Below, piece after piece: positions 1-10,076 of a stretch of 64,000 nt of DNA. The notes under the pieces are model-generated. The model was not told the origin of the DNA, did not search any database, and saw only the letters and a program-made list of their open reading frames with translations. Every line of letters begins with the position of its first letter. The stretch's first letter is position 1. A program made the translations under genes and the position numbers. Where the stretch lies: contig JAIETH010000001.1 of NCBI GenBank assembly GCA_019745315.1, positions 90,526 through 154,525 on the forward strand, in the 5' to 3' direction. The stretch comes from Patescibacteria group bacterium (GTDB lineage: Bacteria > Patescibacteriota > Minisyncoccia > Phycocordibacterales > UBA918).

Positions 1-3
1 TCT

Positions 4-807
4 GTGTCTGCATTGTCTACAGACGAGCCAGCGACTCGATACCCATCGCTTGTAGAGGAGGTACTTCTTGACGGAGATACTCTCAAGGAGGGAACTCAAT
101 ATCTCCACATTCAGTTTAAGAGTGAAAGTGAGTGGGGGGCCGTAGCGCATCGGATGATTAGAATAGATCTCACTGCCCCAAAGAATGTTGAAGTTGGTGC
201 GCGGCACGATCAAGAAAATGGCATCGCTCTTATTCCTGAAGCAGAGGATGAGCTTTCAGGTATTGCGCATTACACAATTTCTATTGATGGAGGTGTGCCA
301 CAAAAGCTTTCTCCTGTGGAGGCAAAGCGCGGGTATGAAGTTGGTTTTTTAAATCCTGGAAGTCATACGGTAGAAGTAATGGCAGTAGATAAGGCAGGTA
401 ACAGTACAAAAACAAGCATGCCTCTTGTAGTTGTGGGTGCGAGCACTATGCCTATAAGTGAATCCACAATGCCATCGCTCTGGGTTCTCTTTACGTTCCC
501 TGGTATCTTCATACTTCTCCTTCTGTGCCTCATCTTTGCTCTTGTTGCCTCTATCAAGTCTGAACGTGAAGCATTAAAAACAAAAGAAGCACAACTCCGA
601 AAAGAAACGAAAGAAGTGCAAGATCAAATTGAAAAAATATTTTCTGCATTGCGCACAGAGATACATACACAAATGCAGTCACTTACTAAGCGACCACGCC
701 TCACGAAGAATCAACAAGCTGTTGTGGTGGGGCTCGAAAGTGCCCTTGCAGTCTCTGAAACACTTATCGAAAAAGAGATTATCGACGTACAAGAGATATT
801 AAAATAA
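4..807 (+). CDS. C-terminal part of a surface protein (Ig-like domain, TM helix, cytoplasmic coiled coil); 5'-truncated by the window edge
   Basis: Ig-like motif DxTAP...GSHTVEVMAVDKAGN, hydrophobic helix, coiled tail. Confidence 0.6.
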   Translation: MSALSTDEPATRYPSLVEEVLLDGDTLKEGTQYLHIQFKSESEWGAVAHRMIRIDLTAPKNVEVGARHDQENGIALIPEAEDELSGIAHYTISIDGGVPQKLSPVEAKRGYEVGFLNPGSHTVEVMAVDKAGNSTKTSMPLVVVGASTMPISESTMPSLWVLFTFPGIFILLLLCLIFALVASIKSEREALKTKEAQLRKETKEVQDQIEKIFSALRTEIHTQMQSLTKRPRLTKNQQAVVVGLESALAVSETLIEKEIIDVQEILK

Positions 808-926
808 GCCTATACGTGCTGATCGCGTATGCTCTCCTGCCAGAGGTGCTTTTGCGCTCGTGATATACTGAGTGTGTAGTTACGTTGAATATTATTCGGT
901 TCTGGGAGCTAATAGATACGTTACAT

Positions 927-1409
927 ATGCAAAATACATACATTGGTATAGCAGCTGGCTTGGTTTTGTTGCTGGGAGGATTGGCAACGGTTACCTATAT
1001 GCAGCAAAAAGATGCTGATACGGTTGAAGAGAGTGAGGTCATGGTTGAAACTGAGACTGAAACTACGTCACAAGAGATGCGTATTGATGCAAAGCATTTC
1101 TTCTCATCAAATGATGGAGTTCATACACTGGTTGGAGAAATACTCATGCCAACTCCGTGCGATCTTCTTACCTATACGCCAACCGTTCTTGAAAATGGAA
1201 AACGTGTAGAAATAGCGTTTTCAGTAACAAATAATTCAGGAGATTCGTGCGTACAAATGGTTACCCCTCAAAGATTTAGTGTGACTTTCAAAGCAGAAAA
1301 AGATGCGGTGATTGAAGCGTACTACCAGGGTGCGCGAGCGTCTCTCAATATATTTCCCGCGAAAGATGGTGAAGACCCTACAGATTTTGAGCTCTTTATA
1401 AAGGGCTGA
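927..1409 (+). CDS. membrane-anchored hypothetical protein
   Basis: N-terminal TM helix; TPC...C-x-Q-x-V motif; ATG at 927. Confidence 0.6.
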   Translation: MQNTYIGIAAGLVLLLGGLATVTYMQQKDADTVEESEVMVETETETTSQEMRIDAKHFFSSNDGVHTLVGEILMPTPCDLLTYTPTVLENGKRVEIAFSVTNNSGDSCVQMVTPQRFSVTFKAEKDAVIEAYYQGARASLNIFPAKDGEDPTDFELFIKG

Positions 1410-1435
1410 TTTAGCATTCGTTTTAAGTATTGTAT

Positions 1436-2725
1436 ATGACGCCTTTTGAACAAATCATTTCACACATTAGAAAAGCTTCTGGAACTCTTGCCATGAGTGA
1501 GGAGGAGCAGACTATTTTCAATACTCCCGATAGAAGTATTGAAAAAACTCTCACAATTGTAAAAGATAACGGAGAAACAGAATCGTTCCCAGCCTACCGC
1601 GTACAATTTAATAATGCGCGAGGTCCCTATAAAGGTGGTATTCGCTTTCATCCTGATGCTCATAGCGAAGAGGTGAAGGCACTTGCTGCAGCTATGGCTA
1701 TTAAGTGTGCCGTTGTCGGCGTGCCGTTTGGTGGAGCAAAAGGGGGAGTGATGATCGATCCTAAAAAATACAGCAAAACTGAAATTGAGCGCGTATCACG
1801 AAAGTATGCGCAGGAATTTAAGGAACATATTGGCGTTAATCGCGATATTCCAGCTCCAGACGTCTACACCAACGCTGAAGTGATGGCATATATCCTTGAT
1901 GAGTATGAAAAGTTAACAGGAGCAAGTGAGGCAGGTGTCGTTACGGGTAAGCCGCTCTCTCTCGGGGGAAGTGAAGGGCGAGATACTGCAACAGCACAAG
2001 GGGGTGCCTATGTATTAGGAGAACTTATTTCAAGACTTGGACGTACTCCAGCTTCTACGTCTGTTGCAGTACAAGGTTTTGGAAATGCAGGAGCAACGAT
2101 TGCATGCATACTGCATTCTTTGGGATATAAAATTGTTGCGGTGTCTGATAGTACTGGAACACTCTATGCAAAAAACGGACTTGATCCACAAAAGATTCTT
2201 CTCGCAAAGAAAAACACCGAGTCCATCTTGGGCGATTATTGTGATGATGGGGTATGTGACGAAAATATGTTGCGTAAGGATGGGGCAGAAGTGCTGGCAC
2301 CAGAGGCAGCCTTGAGTATCGCTGCAGACATTCTTATTCCTGCCGCTCTCGATAATCAGATTCGTGAAGATAATGTTGCTGTCGTTGTGGCGCCAATTAT
2401 TCTTGAGCTTGCAAATAATCCTGTGACTCCGCAAGCGGATCGAATACTCTTTGAGCGCGGTGTCGTTGTTGTTCCTGATGTCTTGGCGAATGCGGGAGGC
2501 GTTACGGTGTCATATCTCGAGTGGGTGCAAAATAGACAGGGATATTATCTCACCAAGGCTGAGGTAATGGATCGTCTCCAAAAAATAATAATTGCTGCGT
2601 ACGGTCGCGTCGAAGAAGCTGCTCGCACGCACACTCTCTCGCTCAGAGAGGGGGCGTACCTTGTGGGTGTTCGTGATATATATGAAGCTATGAAGTATCG
2701 AGGTCGCTTTGGGAAGGAAGGATAG
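1436..2725 (+). CDS. gdhA: Glu/Leu/Phe/Val dehydrogenase (glutamate dehydrogenase)
   Basis: GPYKGGIRFHP, GGAKGG, PAPDV, QGFGNAG, PDVLANAGGV motifs. Confidence 0.93.
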   Translation: MTPFEQIISHIRKASGTLAMSEEEQTIFNTPDRSIEKTLTIVKDNGETESFPAYRVQFNNARGPYKGGIRFHPDAHSEEVKALAAAMAIKCAVVGVPFGGAKGGVMIDPKKYSKTEIERVSRKYAQEFKEHIGVNRDIPAPDVYTNAEVMAYILDEYEKLTGASEAGVVTGKPLSLGGSEGRDTATAQGGAYVLGELISRLGRTPASTSVAVQGFGNAGATIACILHSLGYKIVAVSDSTGTLYAKNGLDPQKILLAKKNTESILGDYCDDGVCDENMLRKDGAEVLAPEAALSIAADILIPAALDNQIREDNVAVVVAPIILELANNPVTPQADRILFERGVVVVPDVLANAGGVTVSYLEWVQNRQGYYLTKAEVMDRLQKIIIAAYGRVEEAARTHTLSLREGAYLVGVRDIYEAMKYRGRFGKEG

Positions 2726-2851
2726 ACGGTACTTTTGACAGAAAATACAGATATGATCTAATTCAGTTAGATCAGTACCCATACGGTTTTCGGTGAAGCA
2801 GGAATATATCCAGCTGTGCTCGTCACACAGTCAGCTTCTCAAAAAAACGGT

Positions 2852-3013
2852 ATGAAAATTTTTAGAGCCGTGGGACTCTTGATTTTCTTGTTCTTTGCGC
2901 AGGTTGTCGTAGGTGAAATGTTCAGAGCTGTCTCGAGTGCCGTTGTTGCAACTCTTGAGACACTTGAAACAGCTTCACATACAGCTACTGTGCAATTACA
3001 GAAAATCGAATAA
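2852..3013 (+). CDS. small membrane/secreted hypothetical protein (53 aa)
   Basis: ATG 2852, hydrophobic N-terminus, upstream TTGACA promoter, downstream hairpin GCGCCAGAAT/ATTCTGGCGC. Confidence 0.55.
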   Translation: MKIFRAVGLLIFLFFAQVVVGEMFRAVSSAVVATLETLETASHTATVQLQKIE

Positions 3014-3072
3014 CCCACATACAGCGCCAGAATATTCTGGCGCTTATGCGTATGTGATATACTATTTTGTAT

Positions 3073-4116
3073 ATGCCGCGTCAGCTTACTGAACAGGTTT
3101 TCTTCTATGGGTTACTTGCGCTTGCAGGCTATGTGATATGGCAAATTTTTGCTCCGTTTGTAGGAGAATTAATTCTGGCAGCAATTATTGCAGTGGTCGC
3201 GTACCCTCTTTTCACACGATTATTACGTTTGATGCCAAAGCAAAGTAGAGGACTTGCCGCATTTGCGACACTAATCCTTATTGCGTGTACGATTTTTGCG
3301 CCGCTCTCGTTTCTTGCATATATTCTTTTTAACCAAGCTCTCGCTTTTTACAATAGTTTTGGGCAAGCAGGAGTGGCGAGCGCCGGAGACTCTCTCAATA
3401 TGCTCGAGGGTCTTATTAGACAATTCTTCCCTGACTTCGCATTTAACTTTGCACAGTATGCAAAATCCGCCTCAGGATGGGTTGCGGTGCATGTCGGAGA
3501 TATTTTTGCAGGAACTGCTTCAACCATCTTCAGTCTTTTTATAACGTTCATTGCACTTTTCTACATGTTTAAGGATGGATCATGGTTTGTCCGCAAACTT
3601 ATTTGCCTGAGCCCCCTTAAAGATACTGAGGACACATTGATTCTGGGTCGTCTCACAACTTCAATACGTTCTGTAGTCTTGGGGACACTTGCCGTAGCAC
3701 TCATACAAGGAATTCTGACATCGATTGGATTCACTATTTTCGGCATTGAGCAGGCAGTTTTGTGGGGAAGCGTTGCTGCGGTTGGAGCATTGATTCCAGG
3801 TATTGGAACAGGAATCGTGTTTGTTGTTGTTATTGCGATTACCTTCCTCTCTGGTTCGTATGGAGCTGCTATCGGACTTGCGCTGTGGGGAATATTTGCC
3901 GTTGGTCTCATTGATAACTTCTTGGGGCCATATCTTATGGGTCGAGGAGCTGAGCTCCACCCATTCTTAATCCTTATTGCTGTTCTCGGAGGAGTCTCCC
4001 TCTTCGGCCCTATCGGAATCCTTATTGGTCCTGTTGCGCTTACATTCTTCACAGTGCTTCTTGAGTTGTATAGTCTTCATACACAAAAGAAAGACGAAGA
4101 ACGATATGCTGGATAG
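3073..4116 (+). CDS. AI-2E family transporter
   Basis: multi-TM; LIPGIG, IDNFLGP, HPFLIL..VLGG..LFG..G...GP motifs. Confidence 0.9.
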   Translation: MPRQLTEQVFFYGLLALAGYVIWQIFAPFVGELILAAIIAVVAYPLFTRLLRLMPKQSRGLAAFATLILIACTIFAPLSFLAYILFNQALAFYNSFGQAGVASAGDSLNMLEGLIRQFFPDFAFNFAQYAKSASGWVAVHVGDIFAGTASTIFSLFITFIALFYMFKDGSWFVRKLICLSPLKDTEDTLILGRLTTSIRSVVLGTLAVALIQGILTSIGFTIFGIEQAVLWGSVAAVGALIPGIGTGIVFVVVIAITFLSGSYGAAIGLALWGIFAVGLIDNFLGPYLMGRGAELHPFLILIAVLGGVSLFGPIGILIGPVALTFFTVLLELYSLHTQKKDEERYAG

Positions 4117-4513
4117 ACACTTCTTAGATTCATTTCTCAAACTCAATCATACGTCTCCGACGATGAGTGATGAGGAAGTGTCGGCGGTTCTGAGTAAAGC
4201 GGGGTGGTCAAAATCTGAAATTGATAGTGCTCTTATTCTTCTTCAGAAGGGAGCGGTTCCTACTAGTTCACAAGGTAACGTACCATTTCGCCCTGATATG
4301 GAATTTTCTCCGTCGCAACTCTCGAGTCTTCTTGGTGTTGATGTGAAGCTTGATCCAAGTATTATGCGCGGAGCGAGTGCTTCGATTGATGGGCGAGAGG
4401 TTGTAGTCCGGACATTTTTTGGTTTTGGTATCGTATTGGTGTCGCTTTCCATTGCAGCTCTCATAGGTTTGGGGTCTATGCATTTCCTCGAGATCGGTCC
4501 ATTCGCACGATAG
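4106..4513 (+). CDS. hypothetical protein with C-terminal TM helix
   Basis: ATG overlapping the upstream gene end; L.KAGWS..EI..A helical motif. Confidence 0.6.
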   Translation: MLDRHFLDSFLKLNHTSPTMSDEEVSAVLSKAGWSKSEIDSALILLQKGAVPTSSQGNVPFRPDMEFSPSQLSSLLGVDVKLDPSIMRGASASIDGREVVVRTFFGFGIVLVSLSIAALIGLGSMHFLEIGPFAR

Positions 4514-4516
4514 TAT

Positions 4517-5584
4517 TTGTATGGTATGAAAAAACAACAGTATATCTACGCAGGAATCTGCGCTTTTTTTATAGCAGTTTTTTTCTGGATGCTTTCGTTT
4601 TCATATGAATTTAACGAAGTCTGGAGTCGTATCTATCATCCTGATACTGCATCGCCATCTATGCTGTTTACAGGAGACGTTATGCTCGCTCGAAGTGTTG
4701 AGAAAAAGATGCGAGCAGGGGGGAATGACTATCCTTTTTCTGCGCTTGGATCGTTTTTAAAAGAGCATGTAGCAGTTGTTGCTAATTTTGAAGCGAGTAT
4801 TCCAGAAGTTCATGTACCAACTCCTGACATGGGCTTTAGTTTTTCCGTTGATCCAGCGTTCCTTTCTGGTCTCAAAGAAAATGGTATAGGATATTTAAGT
4901 CTTGCGAATAATCATTCGTATGATTTTGGGCCTGGTGAATATGCTCATACAAAGAGCGTATTGAAAGAATCTGGTTTTATTGTGGGCGGTGATCAGCGCA
5001 GCGTATCTTCTTTGGAGGTCATGTATACAACGCTTGGTGATATGCGGGTGGCGATAGTTCCTGTGTATTCAGTATTTGTTACTCCTGATATAGAAGAGAT
5101 CAAGGATACACTTGCTATAGCCGCAACGTCCTCAGATATACAAGTCATATATATACATTGGGGAGATGAGTACGAATTAGTTCATAATACGCAACAAGAA
5201 GTCTTGGCTCACGCCATGATTGATGCGGGCGCTGATGCAATTATTGGACACCATCCGCATGTCGTTCAAGACATACAGATATACAAAGGTGCACCTATCT
5301 TTTATTCGTTAGGCAACTTTATTTTTGACCAATATTGGAGCGTGGACGTGGAGCAAGGGTTGCTGGTGTCACTTCATTTTTTCGGTAGAGATAAGGTCGG
5401 TGTATGGAACTATGAACTTTTTCCAATACAAAGCTCTCGAAGTGTTCCGGCACATATGACATCTCCTGCTCGAGAAGAATTTTTGACAAAACTTGCAGAT
5501 CGTAGTGAAACGTCACTTGCTGCTGCTATTGCCCAGGGCACAATAGAAATTACTCATAAAAACCTTGCGCCAATTCCAAACTGA
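4517..5584 (+). CDS. CapA family (PGA_cap) metallophosphoesterase
   Basis: GDVML, ANFE, LANNH, HWGDE, GHHPHV, YSLGNF. Confidence 0.9.
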   Translation: MYGMKKQQYIYAGICAFFIAVFFWMLSFSYEFNEVWSRIYHPDTASPSMLFTGDVMLARSVEKKMRAGGNDYPFSALGSFLKEHVAVVANFEASIPEVHVPTPDMGFSFSVDPAFLSGLKENGIGYLSLANNHSYDFGPGEYAHTKSVLKESGFIVGGDQRSVSSLEVMYTTLGDMRVAIVPVYSVFVTPDIEEIKDTLAIAATSSDIQVIYIHWGDEYELVHNTQQEVLAHAMIDAGADAIIGHHPHVVQDIQIYKGAPIFYSLGNFIFDQYWSVDVEQGLLVSLHFFGRDKVGVWNYELFPIQSSRSVPAHMTSPAREEFLTKLADRSETSLAAAIAQGTIEITHKNLAPIPN

Positions 5585-5599
5585 TGGTTACATAGAGCG

Positions 5600-6181
5600 A
5601 TGTCAAAAAAGAACAGTTCACGGATGCCTCTTAATTTTGAACGAGACGAACTAATAGGGATTTTCGTGTGCCTCGTGCTCGCTATAGGGTTTTTTGTCGT
5701 TCTTCGATTCGAAGAGATACAGGGAGCTATCAAGCGCCACTATGATGCGGCTATTATAAAAGAAGAAAAAATCCCCGATATGGTATTTATTGATACAGAC
5801 AACAATCCAAAAGATGTACAGGCATCACTTGCGGGTGCATTTTCTGCGCAAGGTGAAGTAAAAAAACTAATTGTTGAAGATAGTGTGGTAGGTACAGGAG
5901 CAGAAGTAGTTGAAGGCTCTCGCGTAACCGTTCATTATATTGGAGCGCTTCAGGATGGTACAGAGTTTGATAATTCATATGCTCGCGGAGAGGCTTTCTC
6001 GTTTACCGTTGGAGGAGGTACTGTTATTAAAGGATGGGACACAGGTCTTATCGGTATGAAAGAGGGAGGTAAGCGACTTCTCGTTATTCCTTCGAACCTT
6101 GCGTATGGAGATAGTGCCGTTGGTCCTATACCAAAAGGTTCAACACTCCTCTTTTCTATTGAACTTATTGCTGTTAAATAA
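5600..6181 (+). CDS. FKBP-type peptidyl-prolyl isomerase, membrane anchored
   Basis: VTVHY.G...GTEFD.S, VIKGWD.G..GMK.GG.R...IP...AYG. Confidence 0.93.
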   Translation: MSKKNSSRMPLNFERDELIGIFVCLVLAIGFFVVLRFEEIQGAIKRHYDAAIIKEEKIPDMVFIDTDNNPKDVQASLAGAFSAQGEVKKLIVEDSVVGTGAEVVEGSRVTVHYIGALQDGTEFDNSYARGEAFSFTVGGGTVIKGWDTGLIGMKEGGKRLLVIPSNLAYGDSAVGPIPKGSTLLFSIELIAVK

Positions 6182-6183
6182 TA

Positions 6184-7431
6184 ATGAGTACAAAGCCAGT
6201 TTCTTTTACTGTTGTACAAAAGATACCAAAGAGCTTAGGGCGCGCGGGCGTTATTCATACGCCGCATGGTGATATAGAGACACCTGCGTTTGTAGTGGTT
6301 GGTACGAAAGCAAGCGTAAAGAGCTTGATGCCTGAAGATTTGCGTCAGTATGTAGGGAATCAGGTAACGCTTGCAAACACCTATCATTTATTTTTGCAGC
6401 CAGGACACGAAGTGGTGAAGGCGGGAGGGGGATTGAATGCTTTTGCGCATTGGGAGACACCAACAATGACTGACTCAGGAGGGTTTCAAGTATTTTCTCT
6501 TGGGGCTGCGTTTGGAAAAGGTGTAACGAAGTTTGCGAAAGGTGACGTAGAGACTGAGCTGCCTGCGCGCGCTGAACTCAATGTCTATAGTGAAAAGCAT
6601 GCCGCAGATCATGGCAAGCTCTGTCAGATTGACGAAGACGGAGTGACGTTCACCTCACATATTGATGGCTCGCTTCATCGATTTACCGCAGAGCGATCTA
6701 TTGAAATTCAACATGCGATTGGAGCGGATATTATTATTGCATTCGATGAATGTACGTCGCCAACAGCTGATCGCGCATACCAAGAAGAGGCAATGCATCG
6801 CACACACCGCTGGGCGAAGCGCTCTGTATTGGCTCATAAACAGAATTATGAAGCGTTAAAGAAGCAAGGGCTCTTTGGTGTCGTGCAAGGTGGTCGCCAT
6901 CTTGATTTACGTGCTGAAAGCGCTCGCATATTGGCATCCATGGATTTCGATGGCTTTGGTATTGGCGGATCTTTTTCAAAAGAAGATCTCGGAGATTCTT
7001 TGCGGGTAGTGAATGAAGTCTTGCCAGACGATAAGCCTCGGCACCTCCTTGGTATCGGTGAGCCAGAAGATATTGTTGAAGGTATTTTACAAGGATGCGA
7101 TACGTTTGATTGTGTCCAGCCGACGCGCATTGGACGCACAGGAACCATCTATGTGCATACCGGAGCTATGAAGACGACTCCCTGCGGCACATTTACCTAT
7201 CCTGAAACAAAAAAGATTAGCGTTAGAAATGAGCAGTATAAAACTGATCATTCTCCACTCGACCCACTCTCAGACGGGTATGTTGCCCAGAAATATACAA
7301 AAGCGTACCTCGCACACCTTTTCCGCGCAGGAGAAATCTTGGGTCCTCACCTCGCATCAATTCACAACCTCTATTTCATAACGAACTTCACTAAAAATTT
7401 GCGAAAACAGATTTTAGAAAAGAGCGCATAG
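6184..7431 (+). CDS. tgt: tRNA-guanine transglycosylase
   Basis: NTYHL, TDSGGFQVFSL, QGG, HLLG, FDCV. Confidence 0.93.
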   Translation: MSTKPVSFTVVQKIPKSLGRAGVIHTPHGDIETPAFVVVGTKASVKSLMPEDLRQYVGNQVTLANTYHLFLQPGHEVVKAGGGLNAFAHWETPTMTDSGGFQVFSLGAAFGKGVTKFAKGDVETELPARAELNVYSEKHAADHGKLCQIDEDGVTFTSHIDGSLHRFTAERSIEIQHAIGADIIIAFDECTSPTADRAYQEEAMHRTHRWAKRSVLAHKQNYEALKKQGLFGVVQGGRHLDLRAESARILASMDFDGFGIGGSFSKEDLGDSLRVVNEVLPDDKPRHLLGIGEPEDIVEGILQGCDTFDCVQPTRIGRTGTIYVHTGAMKTTPCGTFTYPETKKISVRNEQYKTDHSPLDPLSDGYVAQKYTKAYLAHLFRAGEILGPHLASIHNLYFITNFTKNLRKQILEKSA

Positions 7432-7466
7432 TAGAGAAATTTTTTAGTTTGGTATACTGAACAGTA

Positions 7467-9557
7467 ATGTCCGTATTTAATTTAAAAACAGATCATCGTC
7501 CGGCAGGCGATCAGCCTAAGGCTATTGAGGCGTTGATTAAGGGCGTTAAAGCTGGTCAAAAGCATCAGACGCTTCTTGGTGTGACTGGATCAGGAAAAAC
7601 GTTTACGGGAGCTAATGTAATACAAGCTATTGGAAAACCAACGCTGGTTATTGCGCATAATAAGACTCTCGCAGCGCAGCTTGCACAGGAATATCGAGAC
7701 TTCTTTCCTGATAACGCAGTGCATTATTTCGTTTCATACTACGACTACTATCAGCCTGAGGCATACATGCCAACGTCTGACACCTATATTGAGAAAGAAG
7801 CACAGATCAACGAAGAGATTGATCGATTGCGGCATGCATCCACCCAGGCACTTTTGACACGGAAAGACGTGATTATTGTGGCATCAGTATCATGTATCTA
7901 TGGACTCGGGTCTCCTGAGCAGTATGAGCGCGTGCATAAAAAGATTGTAAAAGGGTATGCGATCACGCGCGCTGAGATGATACGCCTTTTGGTGTCGATG
8001 TACTTTGAACGAACAAACGCGGATTTAAATCCGGGCGAATTTCGTGCAGTAGGAAACTATGTTGAGATTATGCCTGTCAATGAGCGCGTGGTGTATCGTA
8101 TTTCCTTTGATGAGAAGGGTGTTGCTCTCATTACCAATATTGACGCAATCACCAGAGAAATACGCGAGGCTGACGTTGAAGTATTTTTCCTATTTCCAGC
8201 CAAACACTTTGTGACCCCAGAAGAAGAGCGTGTTGCAGCTATCACTGACATTGATCTTGAGCTCAAGGATCAGTTAAAGAAATTTAATGAGGCAGGGAAG
8301 ATTCTTGAGGCGGAGCGTATTAAGCGGAGAACCCAATATGATTTGGCGCTTATGCGTGAGGTTGGGTACTGCAATGGTATTGAAAACTATTCACGACACT
8401 TCGACAGACGCGCGCCGGGTGAGCCACCGTTTACACTTCTTTCATATTTCCCACACCTACCAGACGGAACTCCTGATTTCCTTACCATTATTGATGAGTC
8501 ACACGTAACTATTCCACAAATTGGTGGTATGTACGCAGGAGATCGTTCTCGTAAAGATACGCTCGTTGAGCACGGCTTTCGTTTGCCGAGCGCTGTCGAT
8601 AACCGACCACTGACGTTTGCTGAATTTGAAGAACGTGTGGGACAGCGTATCTATACCTCAGCAACTCCTGGTACGTATGAGTACGAACATTCAAAAGAAC
8701 CACATGGCAAAATCGTTGAACAGATTATTCGTCCAACAGGACTTGTTGATCCACTGATTGAAATACGTGGCGTTATACAGGAAGGTGAGTATCCGGGACA
8801 GGTGCGTGATTTCATCGAAGATGCAGTTTCGGTCATTAAAGGTGGCGGGCGTGTTTTGGTGACCACGCTCACCAAGGCAATGGCAGAAGATCTCTCAGAG
8901 TTTCTTAAGGAGCGAAATATAAAAGCGGAATATATTCATAGCGATATTAAAACGATTGATCGTATTACTATTTTGACGCAATTCAGACGAGGTGTATTTG
9001 ACTGTCTTGTAGGAGTAAACCTCCTTCGTGAAGGACTCGACTTGCCTGAGGTAGAGCTTGTATCAATTCTCGACGCTGACAAAGAAGGATTCCTTCGTTC
9101 TGAAACGTCTTTGATTCAAACTATTGGTCGCGCCGCTCGAAATGTGAAAGGACACGTCGTTCTCTATGCTGACACGATGACCAAGTCGCTGGAAAAAGCT
9201 ATCGGTGAGACGAATCGAAGGCGCGATATTCAGCTTGCGTACAATAAGGAGCACAATATAACTCCGGTAACAATTAAAAAAGCGATTAAAGATATCACGG
9301 AGCAAATGTCGACGGAGCACACCAAGGCAGTGTCGTCACTCCTTTCCATCGATACTGATATCTATGAGAAAAATCCAAAAGCATTCATAAAAGAGAAGAT
9401 TCTTCAGATGAATGAAGCGGTAAAGATTCTTGATTTTGAAACAGCAGCGCTCATTCGTGACGAAATAGAATTTCTTGAGGAGTCGACTGCAAAAAAAGTA
9501 AAAAAAGCAAAACGCGCAGCTGTTGCTAAGATAAAAAAGGAGCACGGTAAAGAGTAA
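7467..9557 (+). CDS. uvrB: excinuclease ABC subunit B
   Basis: GVTGSGKT, YYDYYQPEAY, DESH, LLREGLDLPEV, QTIGRAARN. Confidence 0.97.
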   Translation: MSVFNLKTDHRPAGDQPKAIEALIKGVKAGQKHQTLLGVTGSGKTFTGANVIQAIGKPTLVIAHNKTLAAQLAQEYRDFFPDNAVHYFVSYYDYYQPEAYMPTSDTYIEKEAQINEEIDRLRHASTQALLTRKDVIIVASVSCIYGLGSPEQYERVHKKIVKGYAITRAEMIRLLVSMYFERTNADLNPGEFRAVGNYVEIMPVNERVVYRISFDEKGVALITNIDAITREIREADVEVFFLFPAKHFVTPEEERVAAITDIDLELKDQLKKFNEAGKILEAERIKRRTQYDLALMREVGYCNGIENYSRHFDRRAPGEPPFTLLSYFPHLPDGTPDFLTIIDESHVTIPQIGGMYAGDRSRKDTLVEHGFRLPSAVDNRPLTFAEFEERVGQRIYTSATPGTYEYEHSKEPHGKIVEQIIRPTGLVDPLIEIRGVIQEGEYPGQVRDFIEDAVSVIKGGGRVLVTTLTKAMAEDLSEFLKERNIKAEYIHSDIKTIDRITILTQFRRGVFDCLVGVNLLREGLDLPEVELVSILDADKEGFLRSETSLIQTIGRAARNVKGHVVLYADTMTKSLEKAIGETNRRRDIQLAYNKEHNITPVTIKKAIKDITEQMSTEHTKAVSSLLSIDTDIYEKNPKAFIKEKILQMNEAVKILDFETAALIRDEIEFLEESTAKKVKKAKRAAVAKIKKEHGKE

Positions 9558-9617
9558 AAATTTGCCTTTCTATAGGTTTGTGGTTTACTAATTTCGGATC
9601 CAAAACGGAGGGGGGTA

Positions 9618-9965
9618 ATGGCGTTACTCAAGAGACTTGTTGTTGGGCATGTGCAGACTGAGTTTCAAAAAATGCTCGACAATGCGTATCCCAGAAAAGC
9701 GAAAGAAGTCGGTGTTTCATACACTGCATCGCTTTTGGAATCTCCTATTTGCGGCCCATTTGGCTTGCACTGTTGTTCAAAAAAGTTTCTCACCAAGCTT
9801 ACGTACAGACAACAATTTCGTGCTGTGCGTACATTTAGGGCGGGGTCGTTTGTGTGGGTGGCAGAGACTCGTGGACAGGTATCTCTCCGAATATGCTCCG
9901 CATGCTTAAAGGTCGAACTTCCTCGTATGTCGACCGAGATTGTCTCGCGAAGGCGAGGTATGTAG
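9618..9965 (+). CDS. hypothetical Cys/His-rich protein (stand-alone cassette)
   Basis: SD GGAGGGGG, own terminator, C..FG.H.C...C..C pattern. Confidence 0.6.
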   Translation: MALLKRLVVGHVQTEFQKMLDNAYPRKAKEVGVSYTASLLESPICGPFGLHCCSKKFLTKLTYRQQFRAVRTFRAGSFVWVAETRGQVSLRICSACLKVELPRMSTEIVSRRRGM

Positions 9966-10076
9966 TGTGGTTTTTTAAATCAAGGCCCTGATCACGTGTC
10001 AGAGGCTTTTTCTTTGGTGTGTTATACTCTTTTCATATATTATGCGCATACAGCGCCAGGTTTGGTATTTTTGTAT

